The notes beneath the pieces are model-generated. The model was not told where the DNA came from and searched no databases. It saw only the letters and a program-made list of their open reading frames with translations. A program made the position numbers and the translations under genes. Positions 20,683-46,819 of a DNA stretch of 64,000 nucleotides are shown here, one piece after another; position 1 is the first letter of the stretch, and the number at the start of each line of letters is the position of its first letter. The DNA lies in NCBI GenBank assembly GCA_013239625.1, contig MU053504.1:1366001-1430000 (forward strand). Direction: 5' to 3'. This DNA is from Lama guanicoe (taxonomy: Eukaryota).

Positions 20683-22480
20683 AAGAAACTTGAACAAATG
20701 AAAAGTGCTGTGTAAGTGAAAAGCTGTTAATATTATAGCTAATATAATTTGTCAATGTATAATTAATAGAACATACTCCTCCATCTCCACAGTCAAAACT
20801 AGAGAGCAGCACCGTCTTGCCTCCACACATTCCCTAGTCCCAACGTCCACACTCCATCTGCCGTCACCACCATTTTTCTCTTCCAACTATTGCTCTTTCT
20901 GAGGGAGAGAAAGTGGGAGATTTATGGTTTTTTGAAACTATATTTTCCATTACTTTAAGAAATTTAAGATGGGAAAGAAGAGAGCTATGCTATCTTGATC
21001 CAATCTCTGATCATGTAATTTTCATTCCAGAAAATACTCATTTTCTTGAGGGTAACTACAGCATTATTTCCATCCCTAAATTCTGCACAGATCTGACAAA
21101 CAGCATCTGCTAGTTGATATAATGCCATGTGGCTGTCAAAAGGGTGAAAGGAACTGATGAAGTGTACCAGTTGACTCAGGCCAAGGAAATGGGATCATCA
21201 CCGTCTGAGGCTGTTGTGTTCTTCCTGTGAACTTGGTGAGCTTTCCTGGACTTCAAGTCCCTATTAAGACATCTCTCACTGATACTACCTGAGAAGAGGG
21301 GCATTTAGTCAGGACCCTTGAAAGATACCCTGAACCATACTCTTGGGAAGGTGAGAGAGGTTAAACCATCTTATTCCTTCTAATTGTTAGGAAGCATATA
21401 TGAGCATTCAGTATGAGGCTGGGTGACTTAAATGTCAGTTTCCTAGGCCTATAAATTCTCCAGTACAGGCATCCTAACCTGAGGTCCACAGAGCTCCAGG
21501 CATCCATAAATATAAATCAGTACCATGAACTTGGATGGGGAAAATCAAAAAATCACACCTTTATTCTCACTAGCCTCTAACTGAAATTTAGTGTTTCCTT
21601 TCATTATGAATGTAAAGTGAAGTCATAGTGCTACCTGTAGTTCCCTTAACTTTGCCACTAAGAGAAATTATATTTCATATCACATTTCAGTTGTGGCAGA
21701 TATCTTGAAATATCATTTACTCTCATCCCTACTTTGACATTATTTAACCAAATGCTAGATTTTGTTATTGGATGCATTAATAAAGCAGCATTCATTGTAC
21801 CATATTACAAAGTGAGTTTTAAAAAAGTATTATCATCATTATTACTATATATCAATATAATGAGTTTTCTTTGTAATGCTATTTGTTTTATTTTATGCAT
21901 TTAAAGGCCCTTCTTAAGAAGAGGGCAGGGGATGGAGCTCAGCAAGATGTAGCCTCAGCTGGAGTCTACCTCAGCTTGTTCTGGGGAGATCTGAAGCAGG
22001 AATGATGTCTCAGGGTTGTCTCAATTTGAGGCAAGACTTAATAACCCTGCTTCAGTCCTGCATGGCCTATTCTTCCAGGCATCTCTGGCTCATGGAGGCT
22101 CCATCTGGCCATGGACAATCCTCCCAGGGAAGAGGGTAGCTGTGAGCAATTAATGACCAACACCTGAAGCATTTAGGGGACTGGATGCACCAGCTGGCAA
22201 AAAAAAAGAACTGGACAAGGCAGCTACTACCCCGCGGAGGTGAGAACAAACATGGTGCCCTGCAACACAATGAGGAGAGCAGGTCTGTTTGAGGAAGTGA
22301 GGTACAATGAGGAGTCGTGAGTAAGACTGGTTCAAGCTCTAGGGCTGGGAGAAATGGAGAGGGATTTCTGAGCAGTACTAAGGATCCTGTTGGAATGATG
22401 ACCATGAATTTATCATGGTATGATTGTGTGTGATTTCATGGAGAAAGCCAACACTTGGGTTCATCGAAAGGTGTATTTTG

Positions 22481-22622
22481 AGGGGGGTGGGTATAGCTCA
22501 GTGATAGAGCGCATGCTTAGCATGCACAAGGTCCTGGGTTCAATCCCCAGTACCTCCAGTAAATAAATAAATAAACCTGGTTCCCCTCCCGCCCCCCCAA
22601 AAAACCAAAAAAAATTTAAAAT
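22481..22622 (+). mobile_element. tRNA-derived SINE (Vic-1-like)
   Basis: TSD gtgtattttg at 22471-22480 and 22623-22632. A-rich tail. Confidence 0.92.
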
Positions 22623-24689
22623 GTGTATTTTGCCACAGAGAGGTACAAGGGGGTTGAGGGTGTTGGCAAAATGGGATCGGGAGGGAAGTGAAGACAGACA
22701 GAAGAGAGCTAATGGATAGACAGGTGGGAAAAGGATCAACAATCCCCAAACAGCCAGAGTGGTGCTCATGGGAGTCACTGGACACGTAAGATAGAGGGAG
22801 AGGCGGATGTCTCCACTAGCCGTTTTGGAAGTGGAGCGGATGCCAGTGATAACGAAGTTCCAGGTTTCCCGAAGAGAGCTCGAGGAGACCCCTGCATAGA
22901 AGGACTCAGACCCACAATACTGGATGTGTCATCTGTGTCACCGTGGGGGTCACCCAGGATGGTGCCATCGGCGGAGGCAGGGGAGAGGCTAGGATCTAGG
23001 TGCCAGAGTCTTCTCTTGATAAGCAAGAGCAACCAGGAGGTCAGAGATGGCAGAGGATGAGAAAGATGATGTCAGTGCCTGGAAGAGCCCGAAAGTAGAA
23101 CTCTTTTTTTCCTGTTAATTTTAATACAAAATTTTGCTTGGGTATTTTTAATTGGACAGTAGGTAAATGATTACATTCCTCTTTTTTTTAATGTATAAAT
23201 TATAAATAAGGCCAAAGTTTCTTACCACCCCAACCACAGCCCCAATCCTTTTGCCCTGTCTGCAGAGGCAGTTGTCTCCTTTGAAACCTTTTTCCTGTGC
23301 ATGCACACTCTTTACACACACGCAATGTATGGTATTGTTTTTAGTGTATGGATGTGTGCTTCAGAATAAATCGTTTCATGCTCTATATACTTACTGTCTT
23401 ATAATTTATCTTTTTCCCTCAACACAGTGTCTTAGAGATCCAAGATACCATGGTTTAGAAAATGAGCAGACTCTTTGTTTTATTTTGCTGAGTAGTATGT
23501 GAATTTAGTAAATTTATTGAGCCTTTCTCAAGTTGATGGATACTTAAGAGGTTTCTAGTTTGCTGTGTACATCTCTGTACGATTTCCTGTGTACACATGA
23601 TAAATGTTACAAAGTGCATCCAAAGCACCTGTATGTTTCCATTATAAATGTGTTCTGCTGCAATAAACAGATAACTCATTAAACAAATAAGGGTTATAGG
23701 GGTTTCCCCTCTCATTTCTGAAGGTAAGGAGTTACTGAAATTGGTCGTGCTGTGTATAATGCGCCCTGAGATCCAGGCTCTCAAACTTTTCACTCTACTG
23801 GCCTTAGTGTGTTGTCTGATATCCTCGTCCTTGGTGCCTCATACTCACCATATGAATGTTGCAGCTCTGGGCATCACTTCTGCATTCAGAGCTGGAAACG
23901 GGGAGAAAGAACAATCCCAGCCACAAATGCTCCTTCTTAGCAGAAATGTGAAGGCTCTCCCAGAAACACTCGCAGCAGATTTCTACTTAGGTATCACAGG
24001 CCAGAATTAGGCCAATGACCTCTCCTACTGCAAGGGAGACTGGGAGAGAGGGGAAGAGGTTTTTCCTGACTGGCTTAAACTAATTCTTCACACTCCGACT
24101 GCAACTATTTGGGAACACTGCCCGTGTGGCTTAACCAAACCAGTGTAATGTTGATGCAAATTAGATTTAACAGTCAGTCTTAAACTGGAATGACATGTGA
24201 CCCATTGGGGTGTATGTTTGTATGTGGACCATGGAGTGTCTCTCTATTCGGAATGGGGATTACTTTTTGGCCCATCCATTGCCTCCTATAATTATTGGCA
24301 TTGACATCAAAGATCAGCAGATTAGTCTAAAATTCACTGGTGAGAATTTTAATGGATAATAACCTGGGTTTAGACTATATCCTGGCTGTCTGAAATAGAC
24401 CTGCTGATCCCCTCGGAACTTACTCACAGGTGACTGAGTCTGGGACCCTGGGTGGCCTGATAGAAGCCAATACTTCAGGTTAGCTTCATCTTGCTGCTTG
24501 AAGTTCTAGTGATAGTAGCCTGAACTAAATTCTGTCTGAGACAGACTGAGCAGCCCAACCTCTGTTGACTAGATTTATCAGAGTGACGAATGGAGTGGCA
24601 TACTCATGAATATTAAAGTTCATCCAAGAATGCGTAGGGCCAATTGTTGAGACAGTTTGGATGCCATATGCCCTGTACACCACTGCACG

Positions 24690-25115
24690 TTTTTAATGGG
24701 GCACGCCAAGAATATAAGGCCCTGAACACTCTGCTTGTGCTGTTTCTCAGGGTTGTGTGTGCAGACAGCAACCTTGAAGAATGAAGTAATACCTCTCTCC
24801 AGGACAAAGAGCTTACTTATTGCCTTCTCTAAAAGAGATGGGCTCCCCATTCACGTGTTCCTCAGATGCAACACAAACCCACTGTATGCACAGCACCCAC
24901 AGGGCTCCTCCGCATTGTCCCTGCAGGGCCTGGGGGCAGGGATGGGCAAGAGGGACTGGGGCGAACATGATTCCTTTGCTACTTGTGGCTTTGAGTCATA
25001 AAGTTCTTTGTCTCTAATCCAGGAATCTCATGTCTTCTGCCAGCATCCATGAAAACAGTAACGGGTTAACTTATTAGCTTGAAAATAGGGCAAAATCAAA
25101 TTCAAAATACTTACA
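24690..25115 (+). mobile_element. ERVL-class LTR (MER73/MER74-like; family tentative), preceded by probable internal remnant from ~24100
   Basis: 3' end ataaagttctttgtctctaatccaggaatctcatgtcttctgccagcatccatgaaa..ttagcttg..ca resembles recalled ERVL LTRs. Confidence 0.6.
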
Positions 25116-25914
25116 TGTAGTGGGGTGAAAAAGAATAAACAGTAAATGCTGGAAAAGGCCTTGGGAGAAAGGATGTCCTGGGGTGTTGCCTTAGGATGCC
25201 CAGGCTGCCATAACAAAGTACCACAGACTGGGGTCTTCAACAAAGAGAGTTCTTTCCTTACAGTGCTGGAGGCTGGGAAGTCCAAGATCAAGGTGCCAGC
25301 CAATTCAGCTTCTGGCGAGTGAAACCAAGCAGGACCCCATGAAGCTTTCCTGGTAGCAGACCCCTCCATGTCCCCTGTTTCTTGTTTGCAAAAAAGAAGG
25401 CTCTTATCTCCCAGACTTTCCTGTATTCCCAAGAGCAGATCACTCATTTATGGTTCTGGAACCCAGGAGAGGAATATATTGACTGAGAGAGTTACCAGAG
25501 AGGCTGCTGGGATGTTGGAAATGGTTTATATCTTAATCTGGATGGTGGTTATATGGGTACATATGTGTATAAAAATTGACAGCAACCTTGAATTGTTCCC
25601 TGAGGATGCAACACAAATCCACTGTTTGCACAGCACCGACAGGACTCCTCCACATTGCCCCTGTGCAACTTAGCAGGGCAAGGTATATTTGTGCAATTTA
25701 CTGTGTTATGCATAATTTAAAAATAAAATAACATTTTTTAAACTTAAAAAAAATTGGGCCTTGGGTCAAATTGATCATCCGTATATATTTCACTGACATG
25801 AAATGATCTTGCTAGTAGAAAGAACTGCCCACAGACAGCCTGGTGCAGAATATAGGACCCCTTCATCCATCACTCTTGTTCATATAAAGGGAGACTTCTA
25901 TCACTGGGGCCCAC

Positions 25915-26123
25915 ACCGGGGTGTGCTCGAGTCAGCCTGCACGGGCTCTGGAGGAACTTACTGTGTCTGTCTCTTCCCAACATACTCAGTAACATCACGT
26001 TGGTAGATTGAACTCAGTCATGGTGGGAACCTATACAGCATGAAATTGGTAAGTGCTATAAATCAGGTTTATTTACTTATTTTTTTGAAAGGCAGTTGTT
26101 AAGCCCTTCTCATCACACTACTG
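25915..26123 (+). mobile_element. MER63-like hAT DNA transposon
   Basis: Similar to 59122-59310; recalled MER63 core gtaacatcacgttggtag. Confidence 0.65.
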
Positions 26124-27885
26124 GAATTTTCAAACCCCCGGCTTACCCACAAAGTAACAAGCTGAAGATAATCAGGTGATAAAATTTAATTACATTAAAT
26201 ATAATAATAGTTAGACAATCTTGCTGACTCCTGTCCTCCCAGTCCTTTCCACCATGTGGTGTGTTCTGAGAGCCTGGCTCCAACTGGCCGAGCATCACTG
26301 AAGAGTGAGAGGGAGAGGCCTTGATGCTCTCAGTCCCAGGAGCTAGCCTGGGTGACAGGCAGAGCAGGGATAGGTGACAGACGGTAGGTGTGCTGAGCCC
26401 ACCTATCTGGGGCACCCTGTGGGACCCCACTGACCCAATCCATCATGAGTTCCTGACCTCTACCACCCAGACAAGTATTCGTTCCACAAATATTTGTGCA
26501 TTAGGCACTGTTCTGAACACAATGGATACAGAAGAGATACAAAGAGCCAAAACTCCCCATCTGCAAGAGCTGCAGGCTGGTAAGTGACAGTCCATTTCTA
26601 TTAAGATATATCTCTCTTCTGTTCCTCTCACTCCCCTTTGACCTGCCTCAGCTTGTCTTTATGATCTCTTATCTGACCCGTTCCTATCCAACTCTAGGTC
26701 CTAAGGGAAGATTTAAGTTTGGGGGAGTCTGAATCTTATACAACTGGGGGGGGCTCTTTAAGAAGAAAAATACAACATTACAAATACACGACTATATATG
26801 AGCATGGGGACATATTGTAAGGAGCTCTTGGGCCTTGGGAAGGGCTTGTGTGGATGAGGATCCCTGAAGCTTAAGCCTCCTGGGGAGCCAGCCTCTGCCC
26901 AGTCCTCTCCCCACTTCACCCTGGACAAGGTAAACAATGGCCCCCGTCACCTACCCCCTCCACTTCCCTAACCTCTACCCACCCAGCTACACTTCAGGGG
27001 AGATGGCTTCCTTTCCTGATGACCCCACAACAATCAGAAAAGAAATTTGATCTTGTCTCATAAATTATACATATAAAATTAAAGTATGCACTAAATATGG
27101 CTGTTTACGTAGTTTGATGAAGAAACAAAATGGCTAGGGTCATCCCCGAAGGCTTCTGGGTGGGCATGCTCTGACCCTCAGCCCTCCTCCCTGCTCACTA
27201 AATCCTCTACAATTGGAGGGGGGCAGAATATATATAAAATACATCAGATTTTCTGCCACTGCCTGTGGGTAGCTAAGGGGCAGCCTTCCGGGGGTAGTGT
27301 TGGTGCTGTTACGGCTTTAGGTTAGAAACCTGCAGGTCCTGGACCCTCTCTGAAGCTGGAAGATGAACAAAGGCTCCGCCTAGTGCAGATCGTGCTCCAC
27401 CAGGGGCATGGTTCCCTTCCTCTTCCTCAGTGAGGATTGAGATGGAGACTGGTTGCCTTTGGGATGGTTTGTGATTGGGGTGGACAACTCGGAATATCAA
27501 GAGGACATGCAGCCTTGGCTCCAGCCCAGAGACTGAAGATGGGAGTACCACTCTCCTGCCAAAGTGTCCACCATTCTGGCTCCCACTGCATTGCTACTTA
27601 ACATGGACCAACTCAGCCTACATGGATCCTAAGGCTGATGAACACCTGTAGTGTGGGTTTTCCTGAAGCAGTTGAGACCTCAGGAGGCGACACGGAGAAA
27701 GGCTAAGAGCTGGGGCATGCCCACCAGGAAACAACATGGGATGGCCCTAGCCACTTCTATTTCTTCATAGAACTATGTGAACAGCCATCTTTAGTGCATG
27801 CTTCAATTTTTAAATTCTTCCTACATTTTAATTCCCATCAGGGAGGTTGACTTGAAGCGCATCCAAGTGCCGACTTGACACTCTG

Positions 27886-27904
27886 GGCCCTCCAGGGGGC
27901 GCTA
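27886..27904 (+). promoter_or_regulatory. Candidate CTCF site
   Basis: GGCCCTCCAGGGGGCGCTA versus consensus TGGCCACCAGGGGGCGCTA. Confidence 0.6.
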
Positions 27905-30654
27905 AGGCCCAACACACAGCCTGGCCAAGAGCGCTTCTGCTTAATGCGCCACTTTGGATCCTATTTCTATGGTGTTGCACCCCCTTCTGGAGAAAAAAAG
28001 ACAGAAGTGGGGAGAGTTCTACTGATTTTTAAAATATTGTTTTAAGGCTAAGGCCTATTGTTTTAAGGCCAAGCTCCTCAGCATGGCATTCTAGGCACAA
28101 GCATGATGCTCCAGGTGCTAAAACTTCTACCTTGAATCAAGTACAGCAAACCCACTCACTCAGCTCTGCCAGTCTTTACAGATGCTGGTCCTTCTGCCCA
28201 AGACTCCCTTTGCCCCTTTCAGGTTCAGTCCTTCTTCTATGATGGTCCCAGGACTTGCCCCTACGTCTTTAGCAGCCCAGATCACTCTGGAGTGACACTG
28301 AGTGTTTTTACAAGTCTTCCCCACCACACTGTGGTACCCATAAGGGCACGGCCTGTGTTTCAGTCTTTGTTTATTCCCTAGCGCCGGGACCATGGCAAAA
28401 GTTCCTCCCATGGTGTGAGCTCAAGTGTCCGTGATGGAGAAGGATGAGGTCAGAGGCTCTGGGCTGGCTGTCTGGCATGAGCCTCAGCCTGGGCCAGAAA
28501 TGACTGGCATTCTCGGCGGGCTTCGACCCAGCATCCTCTACCTGTGACCACCACCGCTCCAGCTCTCTGTGAACCCAGCTACAGCAGGCCCCCAAATTCC
28601 TTTCTCATGGAGAAGCTACAGCAGTTTGAGAGAAGAAATGTGTCAAAGGAACTAAGACAAATAATACAAAATAAAAACACACACAGAGTTTCAAGAAATA
28701 GACTTGCTGGGTCTAAAGCAGAAACACTTACCTCTGACCCCCAGAGCTGACCCCAAATTTTCCCAATGCCTTTTACCTGCTGGGCCCAATGGGTACCCCT
28801 TGGTCCAGTGGCTCTAACCCAGAAGCCTTATTCTGGGGCTGCAGGCCCTGAGAAGCCTCAAACAGCATCCCAGTAGGGGTTTCTTTCTAATCTATATGGT
28901 TAAAATAGAATAGAAACCCACGCAAGTCAGGAGCCCATCCAGACTGGCCTCTGCTCAGTGCCACTTTCCTGGGTTGAGTGACTCCCCTTTTTGCCCAGGT
29001 TAATTCTGAGAACCTCTCCTCCAAATCTACCCTGGGAAGAGTCTTCTAGAACCATGAAGATCTGCAACACTAAAGCCTTTCAACCATCATGAAAAAGAAT
29101 GTGGACCCCAATGCATCCCAGAGAAGGAAGGTGTTTCGCAGTAAAGGCATAGCAGCTGGGGGACAGCCGGAGTAGAGGCAGGAGTTGAGAGGTGGGACCT
29201 GTGTCTGCATTTGGGAAACAGTAAGCTCTTCTGTGTCAGGCAAGCAAGGGACTCGCACAGCAAGGGAATGGAGGGAAGGCTGGCAAGAGCATTCGGATCA
29301 GGCATCAGAGGGCCTAGACTGTCCCTAAACTGGGTCCCCAAATGTCTACTTGGGGAGCCACGAGAGACACTTGAAAGTTTCTAAGCACGTGATGGCCTGA
29401 TTTTAAAAACTATGGCCAGAGGATGAAGGGTGATTGGGGGTGGACATCTTGGGGCAGGAAGAGAACTAAGGAGGCTGTCATCAGACCGGGGCAGATCCCT
29501 CTTTCAAACCAGGGTGGAGTCCAGTGGAGGACAAGTGTTTCATTGTTAAAGATATTCACTGTGGGCACTGGGTGGGGAGGAAGACGTGGAGGGCGAATCC
29601 TTAAGATTTGAGACAAAGAAGTGGCTGTGGGAGGGGCGAGGAAAATACCAGAGATGAATTCCTGAGCCCCAAACCTGGTAGGCATCAGGAGGAGGTGCCA
29701 TGGGCAGACACAGGGGAACCAGGAGGAAGAGCTGGTTTGTATGGACTGGGCATGAATATGGTCTGAGCACATGGAGAAGAAGCACCCCAACCCCAGCTCA
29801 GGGGCGCAGCTACTTGAGAGAGGGCCGCTGTCTGGAAGCAAGTGCCCCCCTCCTCCCCAAGGGTCAAGCCCAGCTCTGTCCTCACCAGTGGATGTTCAGG
29901 ACTGACAGAAGCAGATGGGGGCCCACCCTAGGACATCATTTCCTCAAAGATGGCCTCTGAGACTGTGGGAAAGCATGAGTTCTCCCGAGTGAAGGAAGGG
30001 GAAAGGGAGCAGGACACAGCAGGCTGGGGCATGGAGGGGTACGCGAGGGGAGACAGTGTGCTCTGGTCACCAGGATGGTGTGTGGAGGAGGGGGTGGTGT
30101 GCAGAGCCCAGTGAGGCATGGGGGTCAGAGGGCCTGAGGCCGAGAGAAGAATAGACAGCAGCAGAGCTGGAAGGGAGCCAGACCACTAGGGCTGTAAGAG
30201 CAGCTCGCTGGGGGCCGGCAAGGCAGCCTCGGTGGAGTGCGCTTGTGGACTCTCTCAGAAACAGGAGGAGCTCCAGTTGGAGGAGGAGGAGGAGGCAGGG
30301 ACAAAGGAGTGTTCTTTGAAGAATGGGGAGGTCTGAGCAGAGGAAAGGAGGATCCGCACGCAAACAGATCAGATGGGACAACATCAGGAGGTGCAGAAGA
30401 TGGGACAAAGCAAAGAGGTCGCTGAGTCCACATGCTTCTCCGGATACAGGGGTAGAAGAGAATGGCTGAAAAGACCAAGAAAGGTTGAAAACCATGGACA
30501 GCTGAGAAAGACAGCAGGATTCTGCCAAGATTCCCTGTAATCTCTTCACTAAAGAAGAGGTAGGGTATCTGCGGGAAATTTAGAGAGCCAGATGCAGGTT
30601 TGAAGGTTGGACAGAGGGGTGGAGCAAGTATGGAATAGCATTCGGGGTTTCTCT

Positions 30655-30822
30655 AGAGCAAAGCTTCTCATAGGTAATGTGTATGCAAATCACCTGGGAT
30701 CTTATTAAAAGGCAGGTTCGGATTTAGCAGGTCTGGGCTAGGCCTAAGCTTCTGCATTTCTAACAAACTCCTGCTTAATGCCAAAGCTGCTGATCCAGGG
30801 ACTACATTGGGAGGAGCATGGA
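30655..30822. mobile_element. MER5-type hAT MITE
   Basis: aatcacctggga..tctgcatttctaacaa..gctgctgatccaggga motifs. Confidence 0.7.
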
Positions 30823-32037
30823 TTTAGAGAGTCAGATAAGGAGATGGAATGAGACTGGCTTAACAATTCACTTTAAGGAGAGACCTACCTTTGACAATCT
30901 CACCTGGGATAAAAACAGACGTCTGGGTGGGAGTGACAGCCCTTGCAGGTGATGGAGAGGTGGGCATGGAGAGGGAAGGATGGTAGAGGACAGAGGTCAG
31001 AAGGAGGTGGGGTGCCTCTGGGATAGTAGGAGGCCCAGCAATGTCCCTGGGACCCATAATTTGGGTCCATGTTGGGTGGATCGCTAACTGCACACTTAGA
31101 GGCCCCCCAAAAGAGTATGGGAGTCAGTTGAGGCAAGAAAGTGGTATTCCTGGGGTGTCTGAGAGTGAAGCAGCAGGCTGGGCGGGCCACCCCCATGCTG
31201 TTCTGCAGGGAAGTGCTGGACTCATTCTGGGCTTGCTCAAAGCCCGGCCAGGATACACCAGGCCAGAATGTGGGGAGAGGGGCAGAAACGGCTCAGCCCT
31301 CAGGTCAAGGGTGGGATGGTTTCTGCGAGGAGCTAAGAAAAGGGGAATGAAATCAGAGAGGGAAGATTCTCTGGATGGGGAGAAAGAGGAAGTCTGAGTC
31401 CACAAGTATCCAACTTGTGTCAGAAATCAAGAGGTTTCTAAAAGGCACAGGTTGGAAACGATAATGCTTTAGTTTTAGGGAAGCCAGGGACTGGACTAAG
31501 GATGGCGAGTGCATCGACGCCGCTTGGCATATCTGGGGCCCAGCCTAAGAGGAAAAGGTTTGAGCCCTAGGCTGAGGTTAAACCGAGGTCAGGCTTGCCA
31601 GGGGAAATGCGGGGAGGGCTGCCAGGGCGAGCAATGAACACCAAGAGTAAAAGCTTGAAGGCGTCAAAATGAGCAGCAAGTGCAGGAACTGGGCGTCGGT
31701 GTGGAGAGTACGGTGGGTCTTGGGAGACGAAGATGAGTCGAGAAGAAGCCGGGACTTCGTCCAGTGGCGACCCGGAGGCAGTAGACGTTGCTGAGTGCTG
31801 CGCGGCACGATCCTCTAGCTTCGGCCGGGCTCCCCCGCCGCGCAGCCCCGTCTGCTCCCTGTCCCGGCCTCCTGGGCGCCGCCGGTCCCTCCGGTTCCTT
31901 CCCGTGGCCTCGGCCAGGCCGCAGCCCCCAGCCCCGGCGACCGACTCGCCAGGGTCCGCCCCGCCGCGGCGGCCCGGGCCCGGCCGCTCCTCCCCCGATG
32001 ATGTCACGTCCCTGGCCGCCCCTCGGCCGGCCGCGCC

Positions 32038-32544
32038 NNNNNNNNNNNNNNNNNNNNNNNNNNNNNNNNNNNNNNNNNNNNNNNNNNNNNNNNNNNNNNN
32101 NNNNNNNNNNNNNNNNNNNNNNNNNNNNNNNNNNNNNNNNNNNNNNNNNNNNNNNNNNNNNNNNNNNNNNNNNNNNNNNNNNNNNNNNNNNNNNNNNNNN
32201 NNNNNNNNNNNNNNNNNNNNNNNNNNNNNNNNNNNNNNNNNNNNNNNNNNNNNNNNNNNNNNNNNNNNNNNNNNNNNNNNNNNNNNNNNNNNNNNNNNNN
32301 NNNNNNNNNNNNNNNNNNNNNNNNNNNNNNNNNNNNNNNNNNNNNNNNNNNNNNNNNNNNNNNNNNNNNNNNNNNNNNNNNNNNNNNNNNNNNNNNNNNN
32401 NNNNNNNNNNNNNNNNNNNNNNNNNNNNNNNNNNNNNNNNNNNNNNNNNNNNNNNNNNNNNNNNNNNNNNNNNNNNNNNNNNNNNNNNNNNNNNNNNNNN
32501 NNNNNNNNNNNNNNNNNNNNNNNNNNNNNNNNNNNNNNNNNNNN
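32038..32544. other. Assembly gap (507 N)
   Basis: Run of N in the sequence. Confidence 1.
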
Positions 32545-32997
32545 GGTGGGGGCGGGGAGGGGGAAAGGGCGGGCAGCCCAGGGCCCCCGCCTCGCCAGAG
32601 GCAGCCCCCGGGGGCGCTCGGGCCCCCCCTCCGACGACCGCGGCCCTGGGCAGCCGCCAGAGCGCGCCTCTGGGGCGCCTCCGCGCGGACCGGGTCTCGG
32701 CTCCGCTCCCCGCCCTCCCCGCCCGCTCGCAGTTCGCCCGCCGGCGCTCAGGCCGCGGGGGAATCCCTCCATCTCCCCGCCCCGCGCCCCGGGAGGGGAG
32801 GGGACAGCGCTGGCGCTCGCGGACCCGCTTTCTCCGAGGGAGCGCCCTGGAGGCTAGCGCGCACTGAGCCACCGGGACTGGCGCTGCGCTCCTGTAGGCG
32901 CCCGGTGCCGTCGGGCGGGCGGAAGGAGCTGAGACGCCCGCAGCCTCGGCGGGACCGGATCCCCAGCGGTGGGGGCGCCCACCGACTGCGCGCCCTT

Positions 32998-45577
<12,580 letters not shown>

Positions 45578-46424
45578 GTACTGCCTGGGGGAGGAGGGCT
45601 GGGCCCTGCAAGGCCAGGGTGGCTGAGATCAGCCACAGAGCACAGCGGTGCCCACCCCCGAGTTGGTGGCTCTGCGCAGAGAGAACGGCCCCCTGAGTGA
45701 AGCCCCTGGTGGCACACTTAGGAGTTGTGTTCCCTGATGGAAGGACCAGGACCAGGGAGGGCAGGGATGGGGAGTGGGAGAGGCTGCCAAGGCTGGAGGG
45801 GCTAGCCGAGCCTGGCAGGGAAAGTGGGGTCTAGTCCTGGTTCCACCTCCGTGAGTTGACTCTCTGAATGTCCGTTTCCTTTGTTTGAAAAATGGGGAAA
45901 TACTTGGCAGGTTTCAGTCATAGGATGTCAAGATGATGCAAGTGAAAATGCATTCTCCCACCATGATTTTTAATTATTTTTTTGAATAGGAAATGCATAT
46001 ATAGGGTATAAAATCTGAAAGGTACCAGAGAGCAAATGATGAAAAGTAAGCCTGCCTCAGCCCTATGTAATGTACACACTCTTTTTTTCCTTACCTTTTT
46101 GTTTGTAACAATATATCTTACAGGCTATTCCCTATTGGAACATAAACCCTGCCTTATGCTCCTTTTAATGGATAAACCATTCACAAAGTGCAAAAATTCA
46201 AGAACTTTAAAAGAGCTGACAGCAAAGTGTCCCGCCTCTGCCTCTGGCCCATCCATTGCCCTCCAAATAAGCGAGCATTGTTACCCATTTCATCAGTATC
46301 CCTCCTGAGATGGTCTGTGCCAGAAAATGCAGGCTTATATTCTTTTTCTCACCTTTCTCTTTATTTTTATAAAATGGCATACTAAACATACTTTTTAAAA
46401 CCTTTCTTTTTCTCTAAAAGATTT

Positions 46425-46459
<35 letters not shown>

Positions 46460-46471
46460 GTATATATATAT
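46425..46471. repeat. (TA)n(CA)n(TA)n compound microsatellite
   Basis: Read directly. Confidence 0.95.
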
Positions 46472-46819
46472 CAGGGAGCTTATACCAGGACACAGTAAGT
46501 CTCCTTATTTTTTTGCTATTGCAAAATATTCCATTGTATGGATGGACTATAGTTTCTTTATATAGTCTATTGCTGGACATTTCAGCAGTTTTCATTTCTC
46601 TTCAGGGGTAGAATATGCTGCCATGAATTACTTTGTCCATGTGTGAGTTTACATGAAGGATGATACAGAAGCACAATTGCTAGGTCAAAGGAGATACGCA
46701 TTTCCACTTTTGATAGTTATTGCCAAGCTGCATTCTGTAGGGATTAGACCAATTGATATTCATACCAGCTATGCTGAGAATGCCTATGACCACGCTCTGG
46801 CCAATTAGTATGTTGTTTA

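Noticed and set aside
21154..21208. TGATGA..CTGA C/D-like pair
   Set aside because: Short (~55 nt), box C lacks the leading purine, no adjacent terminal stem, no known host intron or guide.
22486..22558. tRNA-Ala-like sequences (also 20560, 37405, 10800, 10040)
   Set aside because: They have SINE tails, mostly clear TSDs and no proper acceptor stem; not tRNA genes.
28036..28070. Short tandem duplications (also 50624-50656, 59784-59829)
   Set aside because: Ordinary slippage events; not CRISPR-like or otherwise organised arrays.
31567..32872. Four 359-402-aa ORFs in the track
   Set aside because: Artifacts of translating through the N gap in GC-rich sequence.
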